DNA of 64,000 bases from Geosiphon pyriformis uo1 (GCA_016748015.1 JAAOMT010000261.1:322733-386732); one strand, 5' to 3'; positions 14,964 through 29,469 are shown, counted from the first letter of the stretch. The notes: a model not told the origin generated them from the letters alone. Numbers and translations: made by a program.

Positions 14964-17900
14964 CTACACATATATAATTACCCGCACACTGCCATCCAGA
15001 CCAGAAAAGAAACAATAAGGCTTCCAATGACCAAAGCTAACAGCAAAGAAATTGGCCATACCAAGCAATCTCATAACACCATCAGACAAAACCGAAGACA
15101 TACCACAAAGGAGCCCAGAAACAACACTAACATCACAGACCAGACCAGCCTTCTCCATCACCACCTGGTGGCTGGCCCTAGCTAACTATACTCTAGCATG
15201 ATGTAACCCAACAACAAATCTGATATAATTAACAATCTGAGCAGCGGCCACCTTTCTATTCTCAAAAATACCGCAAGCCTCCTCATACCACTCCTCCAGC
15301 ACAAACCCTTTGCACACCAAAGTGTACAGCCCAACATCAATGGAACATTGAGACAAAACTTGCAACATGGCAGAAGCAGGGGAACCACCAGCCAAAGCTG
15401 ACCAACAGGCAGAAGCCTCCGCCAAAATCTCACCACGGATGCCAAACTCATGAACACAAGTAAAAATGTGGTCAGAGAACTCCACCTCACCGCAAAACAA
15501 ACACAATACACTAGAGTAGCACTTATTATACAACCTTTTCTTTACCGCCACCAGCAACCTCCTGTGCACAGCCTTCATAAAATAAGTACGAAGCATTGAG
15601 GATGCGCGGCTAGTGAACCCAGCAAGCATATGAGAATCAGGATGCCACACCTTTGCTGTGACAACCCAGTTTATGCAACCAATCATCACATCCGAAACCA
15701 CGTCACAACCAGGCCCAGCTTCCCAATGAGCACAACAAATTGATTGAAAAATATTCCTGACAAAATGATGGGCATTACCAGAAACAGCGACACCTTCAGC
15801 AACCAAAAAATGTTCATGCACATCAGCACAAAAGGAAAAAGAAGACCCAGAGGCAGCCCCAGCAGCCAAGTCAGCTTTCACATTACCAGGAATCCCAGAG
15901 TGATCTTTCACCTTAACCCAACTCACACTAAGATCCTTATCCCTGACCAAATTGAAAATATGCCACCTCTCCAGCCAGCATGGATTACAGAAATCAGGAG
16001 CAACCAAAGACATCTCAGACACACATGCGTCAATGGCAGTCTGGCTGTCAAGATGTAACACCACAGTACTTAAAAAAGGAACACACTTCAAAGCCAAAGT
16101 GACAGCCTGTAATTCAGCCATAGTGGATGACAAAAGGCCACGAACAGCGACACCAATGCTTTTATCCAAGACTGGAAAGTATGCAGCAGCACCACAGGCG
16201 ACCTCAACAGAGCCTGCCTTTCTTAAAGATCCATCTGTAAAAACCTCAAAAAAGCCTGACCAAATGTCATGCACTCCATCTTTTACCGCAGAAAATTTCT
16301 CAGACCCCAAAATGTCCAAACCAAGCTTTTCCGTAGAGCCAATAGAACCAGAAAATGAGTAACTCTGACCCTTCAAAAACTCAGAAAAAACCACAAACTA
16401 GTGAGGCACAGGGCCACGCGGATCCAACCTTTTCCAACGACGAAAAGTTTTCCAATCCAACAAAACACCATTCTTATCAAAAAGCTGATCACCAAAAGTG
16501 ACACCAAAACATTTCAGAGATTTGACCGAATTAAAATACAGAGACTTTCCAAGAACAGAGGACAACGGAAACCAACCAGGACTACGAAATGCAGTGGGGA
16601 GGTTGTTCACCAAAGCAAGCTCATTGCCCAGAAAGATCTTCACCATCCCAGCCAAAAAATTGTTCACCGGACTAACACACAACCTGACCGGAAACTGCAA
16701 AGGATCCAAAGAAGCCCAACCAAGAACCTGTAGGTCCAAAAACCTATGTCTAAACAAACGCCCAAGAATACCAAAGGCATTAGAGAACACCATCAAAGCA
16801 GCAACTTTCTCTTCTGACTGCACCTGCTCAAAAGACTTTAGGCCATACAATGAGGGATGATGCAAAACAGTGTCAGGAAAATCACGGGGGAGACAAGCCT
16901 TGGACCTAAGACCCTTTCTAACCAAGACATCCCACTTGCGACAAACATTAGATGAGACAAAACTGAACTAAGTACGATAGCTAACAATGGGCTGCAAAAC
17001 AGCTGACACCAGATAGGAGAATTGTTTGTCTGTAATAGCCTTTCTAAGCACAACATTGGCGAAGAAACGTACATCCACATGAGCCTTAGCAACACTTGGC
17101 TTGGAGAGCTCTTCAGTTGACAGAAAAATACCCAGATACTGATGTGCTTCCCCTTTCTTGGCAACAGAAATTGGCTGACCACAAATGTTCAGTGAAGCAA
17201 CTTTAATGCCTTGATTGATGGGAATAGCTACCGTCTTTTCACTATTGATAGAAATATCATTAATCACAAAAAATTCACTGGCAATGTTCAGAGCATATTG
17301 AGTAGAAGCTTGACAATTTCCAACCCAGATTGTATCATCAACAAACACACCAGCCAAAAAATACAATGTCATACCACCACCACTCTCAATTCTGCCAGAT
17401 TTTGAAACAAACTTAGTATCAACCCAGTACCCATACAATTGTTCGTGCCTTTTAACTTCACACAAAAGCAGATCATAAAAAATTTTCCAAAGAAGTGGCG
17501 AAAAGACCTCATCCTAATCCAGCCCATCATGCACCTTATAACCACCAGACAAACCAAAGTCAGTCATCACCCTATTAACTCTATCCTCATGAATACCACC
17601 AAAAAATCTTATGAGCCTCTCACACATCTTGACACGCCGCAAACTAGCTCTCAAATGATGCCACCCAACTGAATCGTAAGCTTTCCGCATATCTTGCAAG
17701 ACTAATCATAACTCCCTATCTTTTTCAATGGCATCTTTAATCACCGACCTGACAACAAACACTGGAGATTGTATTAACGTACCTTTCAGCACTGAAAAGT
17801 TGTCACCCTGAAGAACATTGAACTTGCTACAAGCTATTGCAATACGATCAGACAAAATCTTGGAAAAAATCTTCTTGGCAGTCTTAATCAAAGCAATGGG

Positions 17901-19649
17901 CCGAGTGTTTGTAAAAACTCCATCCCAGTCATAAGGCTTAGGAATCATTGACACCCAAGTCCTCTTCCACAAAACAGGCACCATACCAACAGACAAACAT
18001 TTATTAAACAGCGCCAACAGGCACCCCAAAACCACCTCACCACTATGTTTCCACAACTCATTAGGAACACCAGACAAACCAGCAGCCTTGCCATCAGGAA
18101 GACCACCAACAACAGAAAGTAACTCACTCATACTGATTGCACTCATAACACCTGAAAAAGCATCATTCCAGACATGGTCCAAAGGCGTATACTGACAAGC
18201 CCAAAGACCAGGAAGCACTGACTGCACAGAGTGTTTCCTCGTCCATCCCTCCATTATTCTATCCACACTAGACTTCACCTCTTCAGGCAACAAAACCAGA
18301 TCATCATCAACTATCAAGTGATCCAACACCACCTTGTGAAAAGGCTTTTCCAACACACTCCTGATCATACTACCCTTATTAGAACAGAAATTATCCATGC
18401 GCTTCTTAATCGCCTTTCTAACCAAAGCTTTCTCAGCCAACCTTGACTCAAACATCTTCAACCTCCTGTACTCTTTGCAAACCAATGACAAATGCCTAAC
18501 AACAACATCAGATTTAACATCCAAGCCAACCAAATCCTTGAAAGCACGAGCCTTTGCGTCATCCAGAGTTGACTATTTACTCACAAGACAATTAGCACCC
18601 AGCAAGTCACCAGAGCAAAATTTCTTGACAATCTTGGCCACCAACAATTCCAGACCAAAAAACCTAGAAGAATGTTTGTTCCTCGAACATTTGAATTCAC
18701 TAAACCAATGCCTCGAAAATGTCACATCAGCAGAATCCACCACAGCTCCCACTAAAACTGCCTACATAGCATCCACATTACCACGTATTTCGGCACCAGA
18801 GAACACCTCACCCAAGGACAAAAGTTTAGCTGACAAGAGATCCTTAAACTTAGCCCATCCAACACAGTCAGCATTCTTGATTTTGAACTTCCAACGATCT
18901 TTATTCACCTGCTTGTGCAAACTATTCAATTGTACATCTAGAAGCCCACCCAAACTGACTGAAACCACAACTGCCTTGTGATCAGTGTTAAAGAAATCCG
19001 AAACAGAGACAACTTGATGACCAGCAACAACAGAAGACAAATTACTACCAACAAAAATGTAATCAATCATTTTCCCAACTCCTCTTGAATTGCTCCACAT
19101 ATAAGAATTAGCCAAATGATAACCAACAAATGAATTGACCAAACCCAAACTCAAACAAAACTTGAAACTAGCACTTCAACCAGATCCATTCTCATTAAAG
19201 TCCCCACCCAAGATAACAAAATTGCTGGAGTTGACTGCCTTTGCAATGAGAGAGTTAATTTCAGAAGCCTAACCAAATCTAGCTCCAGAGGAGGCACCAG
19301 CATACAACCCCAAAACAGTAACCGAGAGCTTGCCCTTAAACAGGAGCCGAACAGAAATAACCCGACCAGGAATCTCCTCCACCTTAGATACATGACAGGC
19401 CAAAGAAATGTTCATAACAATCGCAACCCCAGCACCCATAAAACCCTTATCTAAGCCAGAAGAAAATATTTGCACTCCATCAAATTTGTCCTTTAACCAC
19501 GGCCCAGAAGAAGACCTCAACTTAGTCTCAGTGATAAAAGAAACCATATTCCCTGAGTTTACATGTCAACGAACAACATCTGCTTGCTTCGCAGAAACAT
19601 TGATACCCTAAACGTTGCACGTAGCAAACTTCCAAACCAAACTACTTAT
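14964..19649 (-). pseudogene. LINE copy 2 ORF2 (APE-EN, RT, RNase H, zinc finger)
   Basis: WKFATCNV, ITETKL, LGGDFN, IDYIF, TDH (APE); QDMRKAYDSVGW, FVDD, YLG (RT); VFTDGS, AELQA, LDSQ, KVKDHSG (RNase H); CLFCG..DHIFTC. Confidence 0.9.
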
Positions 19650-21601
19650 TGAGATGGAGGAAAAGCCAACGAACCCAATCCAGAAAGCAGATGATTTAAT
19701 CTATTCAAAACCGAGCGAACTGAAGCCTCAAGAGCCACTATATTCGACTCCAAACTGCCAATCTTGGCAGTCAAAACCTTAGAACTGCTCAGACTGAGAT
19801 CAACAATCGACTCACCAACATTGGGAGGAGAAGAAACAGACGATAACAACGTACTATTCAAAGCCAAACCTGAGTCTATATCTGAAACAATGGCAGTCAA
19901 AGACACCAAAAGAAGAGCTGAGGGAGAGGGCGCCAATGACACCAAGTCAACGAAACTTAATTTCTTTAAAATGAGCGAGACTTGGTCCGAGAGAATTTCC
20001 ATGGAGCATTCCAGCACAGCTAGGCAACCACCTAGATTAGCAGCACCAGATGAGGAGGGATCCATTGAGAAAGCCTTCGAACCAGAGATCAAACCAACAC
20101 CAGGAGCATCTGAAGAGACAACACGAGAGGGAGAGCTGTCTGCCACTTGGGCCCATGTCTTTCCACCAAAAGAAACTGGGCAGACAATTGGTGCCTGCTT
20201 CTTCCTATAAATATTGGCCAACCATACCCTATCCTGAGAAGTCGCCGCATGTTTCCCACGATCACCAAACCCCCTACCAACAGAGCAATCAACAGCAGTA
20301 TGACCAAACAGTTTGCAATGAGCGCAACTGGCCAAAGAAAGACCAGCCCAGTGCAAGCCCACACCTTTGAAAACCGGAACCGAACCAATAGCAGCCAACT
20401 TGGATGTCTCACTTTCAAAACAAATTACAGCACACCAATCACGAACATATGAAGATGGATTACGGCCAATAAAACAAGTCTTCCCACCATAGGCCTCCAC
20501 CAAAGCAGACAAATCATGGGCAGTGGTGCCAACTGGAAGAGTGTAAAGCAACGCCTGATGCTGATCCCTAGATACTCACATTTGTTTATCAACACTTGCC
20601 TTTGCTATGCGAACAGAATCTTTTCCCATGAGCACAAACCATTTAGTCGCGACCAAATCAGCTATCTTAGATAATTCATATTCCACTAGGGCCTTTTGCC
20701 AAAGACCAATAAGCTGCACTTTGATTGAAATAATTTTGCCAAACTTGGAGAACACTGTCTCAATCGCCGATTTGGGAAGATCCACTGGGATTTCCTTGAC
20801 AATCACTTCCCAATCCGAATGGCTGTTTACTTTCCTTAGATTATCATTTACCAAAATTTTTTCACTGATTGCCATAACCCTTGCCTTAATCAAACTTTGT
20901 TCAGATGTAAATGATAACCTAATTATCCCAGGAAATTTTGAGGGAGTTGAAGCCCCTCCAAAACCATCAACTTGATAAAAAATTTTTTTCACACAAATCA
21001 ACTTATCACTAACAGTTTTCCCAGGAACAGCAGAAAGTTCAATATCCAATGCAAATGATTTTGACGAATTAAAACTTTGTTTCTCCGGTGCACATGACCT
21101 GACTGGAGGAAGGCGATTGGACCCACAAAATTTAGGACTCGGAAGAGACAAAGTGTTTTCACCATCACTTAGAACATTAAAAGAGAGAGGTGGTGGCTTA
21201 CTGTTCAGAACATAGGTGCGAGTACACATCTTTCTTGGCATGGCATCGTTCATGTCATCGTCCAAACCTGAAACATCCGACTCTGCATAGCTAATTTCCT
21301 CAGCGACGATGTTTTCCAAGTTATCTAAGTCCAAGATGCCACTTATGCTGTCCACTTTGCTGTTGATCTTGCTAGCCCACAATCGTTCAATGTTAGGTCC
21401 ATCACCACTTTCATCCATAACGTTCGAGACACCAGCAGACGACTCCACCAAATCGTTAACCACCATAGGTTTTTTCGGCTTCTTATAGGATGCACCGTAA
21501 GATTGAGGACCAACCGAACGCTTATTTTTGACACCAGACTGGGTCCCCAACCCAGCCGAAATGGACCCAGAACTACCAGCAGCAAAGCCCATCGGTTCCA
21601 T
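19646..21601 (-). pseudogene. LINE copy 2 ORF1 (RRM-like region, CCHC knuckle, C-terminal coiled coil)
   Basis: VIVKEIPVDLPKSAIETVFSKFGKIISIK (RRM-like) and CAHCKLFGHTAVDC (knuckle). Stop-interrupted; ends PPSQ* at 19646. Confidence 0.85.
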
Positions 21602-21890
21602 AGCTACAAAAAGGGAAATGTCTGAAGAAATAACTGGAGAGAGTCGAAAGGGAAAGAGAAAAAGAAGGCTATTTCAATGATGACTTAAAGCTCTCATTGT
21701 GACCGGGGGATCAATGAAAGAAAGAGTTTTCAAAGTAAAAATACAATCTCACAATTATTAATGTTAATAATTTTAATAATAATTATAAAAAATAACATTT
21801 TTTATAATTATAATTATAATTAAAACAAAAAATAAAATAAGTAAATATATATTTTTTATAATATAAAATAATATTATAATTTAAAATAAC

Positions 21891-24800
21891 ATGAAAAACT
21901 TCTTTCTTTCTTTCTTCTAAAAAATTCTCAAAAAGCATGTTTTCTAAAAAAGAAGTTTTTTTTGTTTTTTCTTGTTAGTTTATATTACTATTTTTTTAAC
22001 TAATAACTCTTTCATTGTGGATTTAAGCGCTGTGTCTGGCAGTAATCTGTCTAAGAAAAAAGCACCTAAGGGTGTTTTTCATGGTCTTGCTAGTGGTTTT
22101 TTTTCCCAAAGAAAGAAAGTATTTCTTGACAATATTAAATATTCAGATAATAAAAAGAACATTTCTCTAGTCAAACTTAGTTCTAATGACATGTATTCAG
22201 ACATGAATAATGAATCTAGTTGTGGTAAAGACAATATAATCATGGAGAGTGTCAACAGTGAGTCTCTCTTAGGCTTAATAGCTACTACTCCTAAAGCAAA
22301 AAGAATGAATACTGATATGATTCTTGGATCTCCTTTTAGCTTCCCCAATTTTAAAATAGAAAAAGAAGTGGAACTTCTCCTGCCCCCCCTTGGTATATCT
22401 TTGGAAAAGAGATGGATAGATTTTAAAATTGAGAAAACTCCTGTGAAAGTTTCTGTTAGAAAATTATTTGCTTTGAATATTAACCTTTTAGCTATAGAAA
22501 ATAAATCTACAACAGCAAAAACTCAGTTAATTAGAAAAATTTTTTCATTAGTTAATGGTTTTGGGGGGGCCACTACCCTCTCAAAATTTGAAAAGATCAT
22601 TAGATTTACCTTCACTTCAGAAAAAAGCATGGAAATAGCCACTTTATTGGCCAGAAAGAAAGAGATCAACATAAACAGCAATCTTAAAAGACAAGAAATA
22701 AGGTCAGATTGGGCTGTAGTAATTAAGAAAATTCTCATGGATACACCTAAAGATATGATCATTGTCACAGTATCTGAATTTGAAGAAATTAAGTCGATCA
22801 AAATTCAACTGATTGGAATGTAACAAAAAGCTGTGATGGAGTTTGCTGAATTAGACCAAGCTAATTTGTTGGTCTCTAAGTAGTTATTCCTAATTGGTAA
22901 AGATTCTGTATATGTAGCCAAAATGGTGAAAGATCATAAGACTTGGGCATTAAGGGATTGGTTTAGAGCATTTTTGTTTACTTTGCCAGTAGAAACAACA
23001 GCATATAATCTTGGAAATCTTCTGAAAAGAGCTGGTAAGAAAACTTGTATTATAAACAAATCTCTGAAAATGGGTAATAGAATTTGCTGTGCTGTGGTTG
23101 GTTTTGAATCTGATGATGATCTGAAATCTGTCTTTTACACAGAGCCTATCTATGGTGAAATAAAACTATCTTGGGCTAGGATAGATTTGGTTCATTGTAA
23201 GAAATATAGGCATTTTGGGCATTCAGTTTTTGAATGTAATACTTCAGAAGTACTTGTGCTGCCATTATCTAAAAAGTCATATAAAAAGATTGCTTTAGAG
23301 GAAGTTCATTTTTAGCTTGCTAAGTTGTATAAGAAAAAAGATGTTCTAATCTTTTATCTGGCTGTCTTTAGTGGCAAATCTTGGGCCCAAGTGGTCTTGC
23401 TAGCTAATTTTTCTGGTGGTGCTTACTTCAAGTCTGGTTCTAGTTCTCTTTCTCTTGGCATTTCACATTTAGGTGGCACTCTTTTTCCTATTTTAGCTGA
23501 TAGCTCTGGCTTGGATGATTATTTGGCAGTTTTAAAATGCTCTTTGAAGCTTTTGTCGGATCAGGTTTTTGTATTGTTGAAAAAGTTGAGCTTTGTGGAG
23601 TTGGTGCTTTTGACTGCATCCTCTTCTGCCTCCCCTCCAGTTGCTCCTGTTTTGTTAGCTCCTGTTCTAAATTTGGATATGATTTTGGACAGTGCATTGG
23701 TGTCATCTACTCCCTTTTCCTCTGTTGGTTCAGACTTGATGGCTGATTTTAGCTCTAGTAGTTCTAAGATTCTAACCACCAAAGTGGGTGGATTAGAATC
23801 CAAGATGGTGGCTTTGGAGGCTTTAATTCATTCAGTTTTAGGAAGATTGGATCATTTGTGTTCTGGTGTGGGTTTATTGACTCTCTCTTTGTCTCAATAA
23901 TCAATTTAGTTTGGAAAATTGCTATGTGCAATGCTCGGGGCATGAACAATCCTACAAAATAGGAAGATATTGTCCATTGACATAAAGACATGAGTAATTT
24001 GATTTCAATTATTACAGAAACTAAGTTGAGAAGTAAAGTCCATCCATGGATTGCTAATAAGTTTGATGGTATTTATGTTTTTACTTTTGGTTTGAATTCT
24101 GGATATTTGAGTTCCAGTGTTGTCATTGTTATGAACTTTTCTTTGGTAAAACATATGTATAAGGTTTCTGAAGTGTTTAGTTGGCTCTTATCTATTAGAT
24201 TTCTTTTCAAAAATAAACTTTCTGTGTCAGTTTTGGGGCTTTATGCTGGTGCTTCATCTGGGGTTTGGTTCTTACAGGCTGGTGAGATCAACTCTCTTAT
24301 TGCAAAAGCTGTTAACAAATCTTCTTTCATCATTCTTGGTAGTAACTTCAATGAAGATGGTTCGCAAAAGTGTGCTAGTTTTAAAAAGTGTATTGATTTG
24401 AGGCTGGTTAATTCTTTGATGAATAGTTTGGTTGTGAATTGTTATACATGAAGAAATTCAAGAAGTGTGAAAAAAACAATTGATTATGTATTGGTTTCAT
24501 TAAATTTAGTTAATGCAGTAGTGGATTGTGATGTCATAGATGTTGGGGATTATTTTGACACTAATCATCAAGCTGTTTCTGTGTTAGTAGGTCAGGGCAG
24601 TTTGCTGAACACTCAGTTGAACTTTCTTTGCAAGTAGGCAAATAAGGATTGCTGAAAGTTTGATTTTAAAAGGGCTGATGATGCAAAGTGAGGCCAGTTT
24701 AAAGATACTACAGTGGCCAATACTACTATGTTCTTTGATAATTTTACTACCTTCAAGCAATCCTTAAACTTGAATGTGATGTGTAATATGGTTCACAAAA

Positions 24801-27800
24801 TTATGACAATTTCAGCTAATAAAATATTCAAGAAGAAATGATTTAAGGACTTTGATAGTATTTTTACTAAGAAATCTTCCAGGTTTTATAAGCTGGAGCT
24901 TTTGGTCTTGAAAATTGCTAAGGCCTCTTATAAGGAGGATATTGATAGGTTTGCTTATCTTATAGACTGCTGGAATTCTTTAAACAATATTAAAGCTTCA
25001 ATTGTACAAGAAATTATGAACTTTGGTGCAGATTTTGATCAAGTATGCTCAGCTCTTTTCAATATATGAAAGACATATTGTGCCTCCAAGCTTGCTAAGT
25101 CTTTGTAAGCTAAAGAATTAAGGATAAGGTTGGCTATTAATAAGTGAATGGAAAATTTTGCAGTCAACAAAGATAACATAATCAGAAGTGTGCTGAAGCA
25201 TCCTTTTTGAAAAGTGGTTTTAGACCATCTGGTAGTTGAAGATAAACTAATTCTAGAATCTGACCTAGTTAAGGCCAAGATTAATGTTATCATAGAAGGT
25301 TGGACCAGAAAGCATAGTATGGTGAAGGATTTTTCTGGTGATTGGTCTTATCAATATCAGTCTTTGGAGTATGTTTTTAATGATGCTTTTTCAAATGTGA
25401 TGTGTTTGGTTAGTTTTGATGAGCTACTCGAAGTGATTTCTAATTTGTCTGATGGCAAAGCTGCTGGTTTTTCTGAGATGTTAAATGAGCTTTGGAAACA
25501 TTGTGATAATTTGGTCTTGGATATGCTTTTGGTGCTTTTGAACTTCTGTTTGTCTCATGAATCAGTATTTGGTGCTTAAAAGGAAGCTTGGGTATCAATA
25601 ATTTCAAAACCATATAAGTGGGAGGGAGTTCTTATGAACACCCGACCTATTGCTTTAATCAAGACTGCCCACAAAATCCTCTCCAAGATTCTCTCAAATA
25701 GAATTTCTTCAACATGCAGCTTTTTTGATGTCTTATACAGGGACAATTTCTCGGTCCTAAAGGGTATAACAACACAATCTCCTATTTTTGCCATAGATTC
25801 AGTTATTAAGGATGTCTTAAAAAAGAACTATGAACTTTGGTTGGTCTTACAAGACATGCAAAAGGCTTATGACTCTGTTAAATGAGAGCATCTTAAGAAC
25901 AGTTTAGTCAGAATAAAAATGTGTGACAAGTTCATTAGATTTTTTGATGACATTTACAATGGTCATGTTAATAGAATAATAACAGATTTTGGTTTGACAG
26001 ATAGATATCAAGTACATAATAGTTTGAATCAGAGGGAGATGTTTTCACCACTTCTTTGACACATATTTTATGATTCTCTTTTGTGTGAAGTCAAAAAACA
26101 AGAAAGCATATATAGTTATAACCTAAACTCTCATTTTATTGCCAAATCTGGTTGTATAGAATCTTAGGCTGGATTAACATTTTTTCTTGCTGCTAATGCT
26201 TTTGTTGATGACACAATCTGAATTGGTAGCAGCCAAGCTGCAACCCAACACATTCTCAATGTTGCTAATGAGTTTTTTTGAATCAATGACATTTCTATTA
26301 ACAATAACAAAACAGTAGTAATTCTTATTAATTACAGAGTTACATGTTCTAAATTGTCTATCAGTGGTTTGCCTATATCCATTGCCAAGAAAGGAGAGTC
26401 TTATCACTACCTAGGGATTTTTTTGTCGACTGAGGGTTTGTCAAAGCCTAGTCTGATTAAGACAAATTCTAATGTTAGATTTTTTACCAATCTGGTTTTA
26501 AGAAAGACTATTTCTAACAAACAATTTTCATATCTGGTATTAGCAGTTCTTTATTCTATTGTTAGCTACAAAATACAATTCAGTTTTGTTCTTATTGGTA
26601 TGTGTAATAAGTGAGATTCTTTGATTTGCAGGGACTTAAAGCTGAAGTCTGGTCTACCTCTCAATTTTTCTAATGATGTGCTTTATCATCCTTTATTGTA
26701 TGGTTTGAAAACTTTTGAGCAAATCCAAGCTGAAAGCAAGATTGCTTCCATTTTGTGCTTTGCAAACTCTGTTGGAATTTTGGGTCAGTTGTTTTTGTAT
26801 AGGTTACATAATTTACAGATTTTGTCTTAGAGCCCACTTCATCTATTGGTGTTTTTAGCTTGTATCAAAGTCAGTGTTTCTAATAATTTTTTGGCAAGTA
26901 TGGTTTGCATTTTTCTTGGATGTGGTCTGTCTCTGAGTGGTCATGTAAACAATTCTTTCCGTTTTTGTGACAGAACTTCTATGTTATTTGTTTTTAACAA
27001 GACTGGTTACTTTAAGTTTTTTTCGTTCCTTTAAAGATATGGCATTGCTTTTGTTGAACAGCTCCACAGTAAAAATGAGACTGTTTTTAATTGGAGAACA
27101 TTCAAGCATTGGAAAAGGCTGGATCTATGTAACTCTATTCTTAAATGGTTTAGACTTTCTGTTGACTTTCTTGATGGTGTTGCTTTTTTCTCTGCCTGCT
27201 TTTTTCCTGTGAATATCACTGAGCCTTTTGATATTTTAAAATATAGTGAGTTTGAATTGATTTCTGGTTAGTTGTTGGGTCTTGGAACTGACAGCCTTTC
27301 TGTCTATATGAATAGATCTCTGAAGGGCTTGGGAAGTTTTGACATGAGAGCTGGTGCTGTATTCTTTTTTGAGAATATAAGCCTGGATTTAGGAATCAAA
27401 GTTTTTGGTTTAATGTCTTTTATTTTGGCTGAATTGCAGGCTATTGCATTGGCTTTTGAGTGTGTTTCTTCTATTTGCTTAGTTAGTGTCTTTATGAACA
27501 GTCAGACTGCCTTGAATGTGTGCAAATCAGAATTGGGTCTTGTTTATTCAGATTTTTGGAATCACTGTTGAATTGAACATCAACACATTGTGAACATTAT
27601 TAGAAAAAAAGATTTAAGTGTTAGCTGACACAAAGTGAAAGGTTATTCAGGTGTTGTGAGTAATGAATACACTAATGCACTTGCTAATATGGCATCTTTC
27701 TCTCTCTGATGTCTTATTTCTCATGTGAAGGAATGTCATATTTTAGCTAAAAGAAATGTCATTTCTGGTAATTCTAGACATTTTGTTTGTGGGGTCTTTA

Positions 27801-28654
27801 GGTCTGTTTCTTCATACACACTAGAAAGTTGGTTCAGGTTTTAGGGTTTTGAATAATAGTCTGCACTTGGATATTAATTGGCTTAAATTGTTATTGGTGT
27901 GGCATCCAGACTTGTACATGGCTGCTGGCTTTATCAGTAAATCTACAGCTGGTGCTTGTACATATTTTATAAAAGCTTTACACCATCGGCTGCCAGTTGC
28001 TGTTCATAAACAACTGTATGACAAATGCTATTTCAGTGTGCTATATCTGTATTGTGGTGAAATTGAAGTTTCTAATTATGCTTTTTCTTGTGTGGTTAAT
28101 AATTCTGTTTATTGTTACTTGTTGGATGTCCATGCCACTGCTTGGAGTACACTTTCTGGTTTTTCTGTCTTCTCTTCAAGTGTTTTTCAATTACTGTCTT
28201 TTTGTATCTCAAATGTTGCAGTTTGCACAGCTTTTTACAAGAGCTTTGTTTTTAAAGAATAGCGTTAGAAAATTACATCTGTTTTTGGAGGTGCCAAAAT
28301 AGCTGGTCAAAAGATCATGGAATTTGTACATAACTTGTGTCTTGCTTTTAGGAATAAGGTTTGGTTGGTCCATACTAAGCATCATGCCTATATAGAGAAA
28401 AATGGGATGATACTATGTAATGGTTCAGCTTTAGTTTTGGTTACAGGGCTTTTTGCGGATGTTGTTAAGTTGCTGGGTATTGCTGAGACAATCGGTATTG
28501 GTTTTGGATTTCATAAGTCTTGTTTGTTTTTCTCAGGAGTTGAGAACTCAGTCTCAGTACATATAAGCACTTAGTGTAGTCTTGATTGGCCCAAGTGGCT
28601 GGTTGCATGTAGAAAACACATAATTTATGTCTAGTTTAGATCAGTTGTTGATGT
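21891..28654 (+). mobile_element. Near full-length, heavily decayed LINE copy 3; 3' UTR interrupted by LTR element A
   Basis: ORF1 remnants ~22017-23900 and ORF2 remnants ~23897-28574 are collinear with copy 2. The 3' UTR matches copy 1 up to atgt (28651-28654), then TGTTAC of an LTR begins. Confidence 0.9.
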
Positions 28655-29469
28655 TGTTACTCATAGAATATAGGTAGTATATTAGCATATAAATTAGCCA
28701 ATCAGAAGTAGCTATAATAAATATGGAATTCCAGGATTTCTCTCAAGAAATTACAGGATTCCAGAAATTTCAGGATTTTTGTACAAAGAATTGCAGGGTT
28801 CCAGAATTCCAGAATTTTTGGTGTAAAGAATTGAGGAATTAAGAAATCTCAATTATGTATATATATCAGTAGCAGTTAGAAGAAAAAAGACAAACCTTCC
28901 AGTTTAGATTTAATCTAAGCAATCTTTCAATTCACAAATATTAATAAATAATTATTTGATATCTCAAATCCACTCTCTACTATTAACACTTTATGTTGAT
29001 AACAATTAATACTTAACCACACTGGAACAATAGCTCTTGATCACAGCTATTAATAAGATACTAACATTCATTGTCTTGGCTTATTTTTTTTTTATTTTTT
29101 TTTATTTTTGTTATTTTTTTGTTTTATTAATTGATTAAAGATTAAGTACTGAGTTATTGACATTAAGGATAACCTGGTAAAAAACCTCAAAAGAAGGATA
29201 TAGAAATTGAAAATTTAAGGATAGCTTACCAGAAGGACATCTCTGCCAAATTACTGACCACCACGCTGAGAAAAAAATTCAACAGAATTGTGATTCCAGG
29301 AGGCTACTGGAAAGATAACAATTGAATCTTTGTCTATTATACAAAAGACTTCACCAAAACCTTCAGATACAAACAACTTACAGATATTACCAACACCCAT
29401 AATTAGCTATTGAACACCAAGTTATGGGTTTGTTATTTGCTTTGAGACCCCAAATAATTACCTGTAACA
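28655..29469 (+). repeat. Element A 5' LTR (TGTTAC...GTAACA, ~815 bp)
   Basis: Homologous to 57274-57521 + 63686-64000. Followed by 2 nt and a degenerate PBS (tgatgctccctgtgaa). Contains an imperfect GGAATTCCAG-type tandem array at ~28725-28850. Confidence 0.88.

Larger units (their letters stand above)
14830..21733 (-). mobile_element. Near full-length LINE copy 2 (ORF1 + ORF2 with APE endonuclease, RT, RNase H, zinc finger)
   Basis: Pyrimidine-rich 5' UTR, ORF1 from 21601, ORF2 to 14964. The 3' UTR matches copies 1 and 3 and ends actcattaaa...aaaaaaa near 14830. Many stops but more CpG retained than copy 3. Confidence 0.93.

Noticed and set aside
28759-28774. Perfect heat-shock element TTCnnGAAnnTTC in A's 5' LTR
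   Set aside because: It is not preserved in the 3' LTR copy and is easily generated by G>A/C>T decay of the GGAATTCC repeat.
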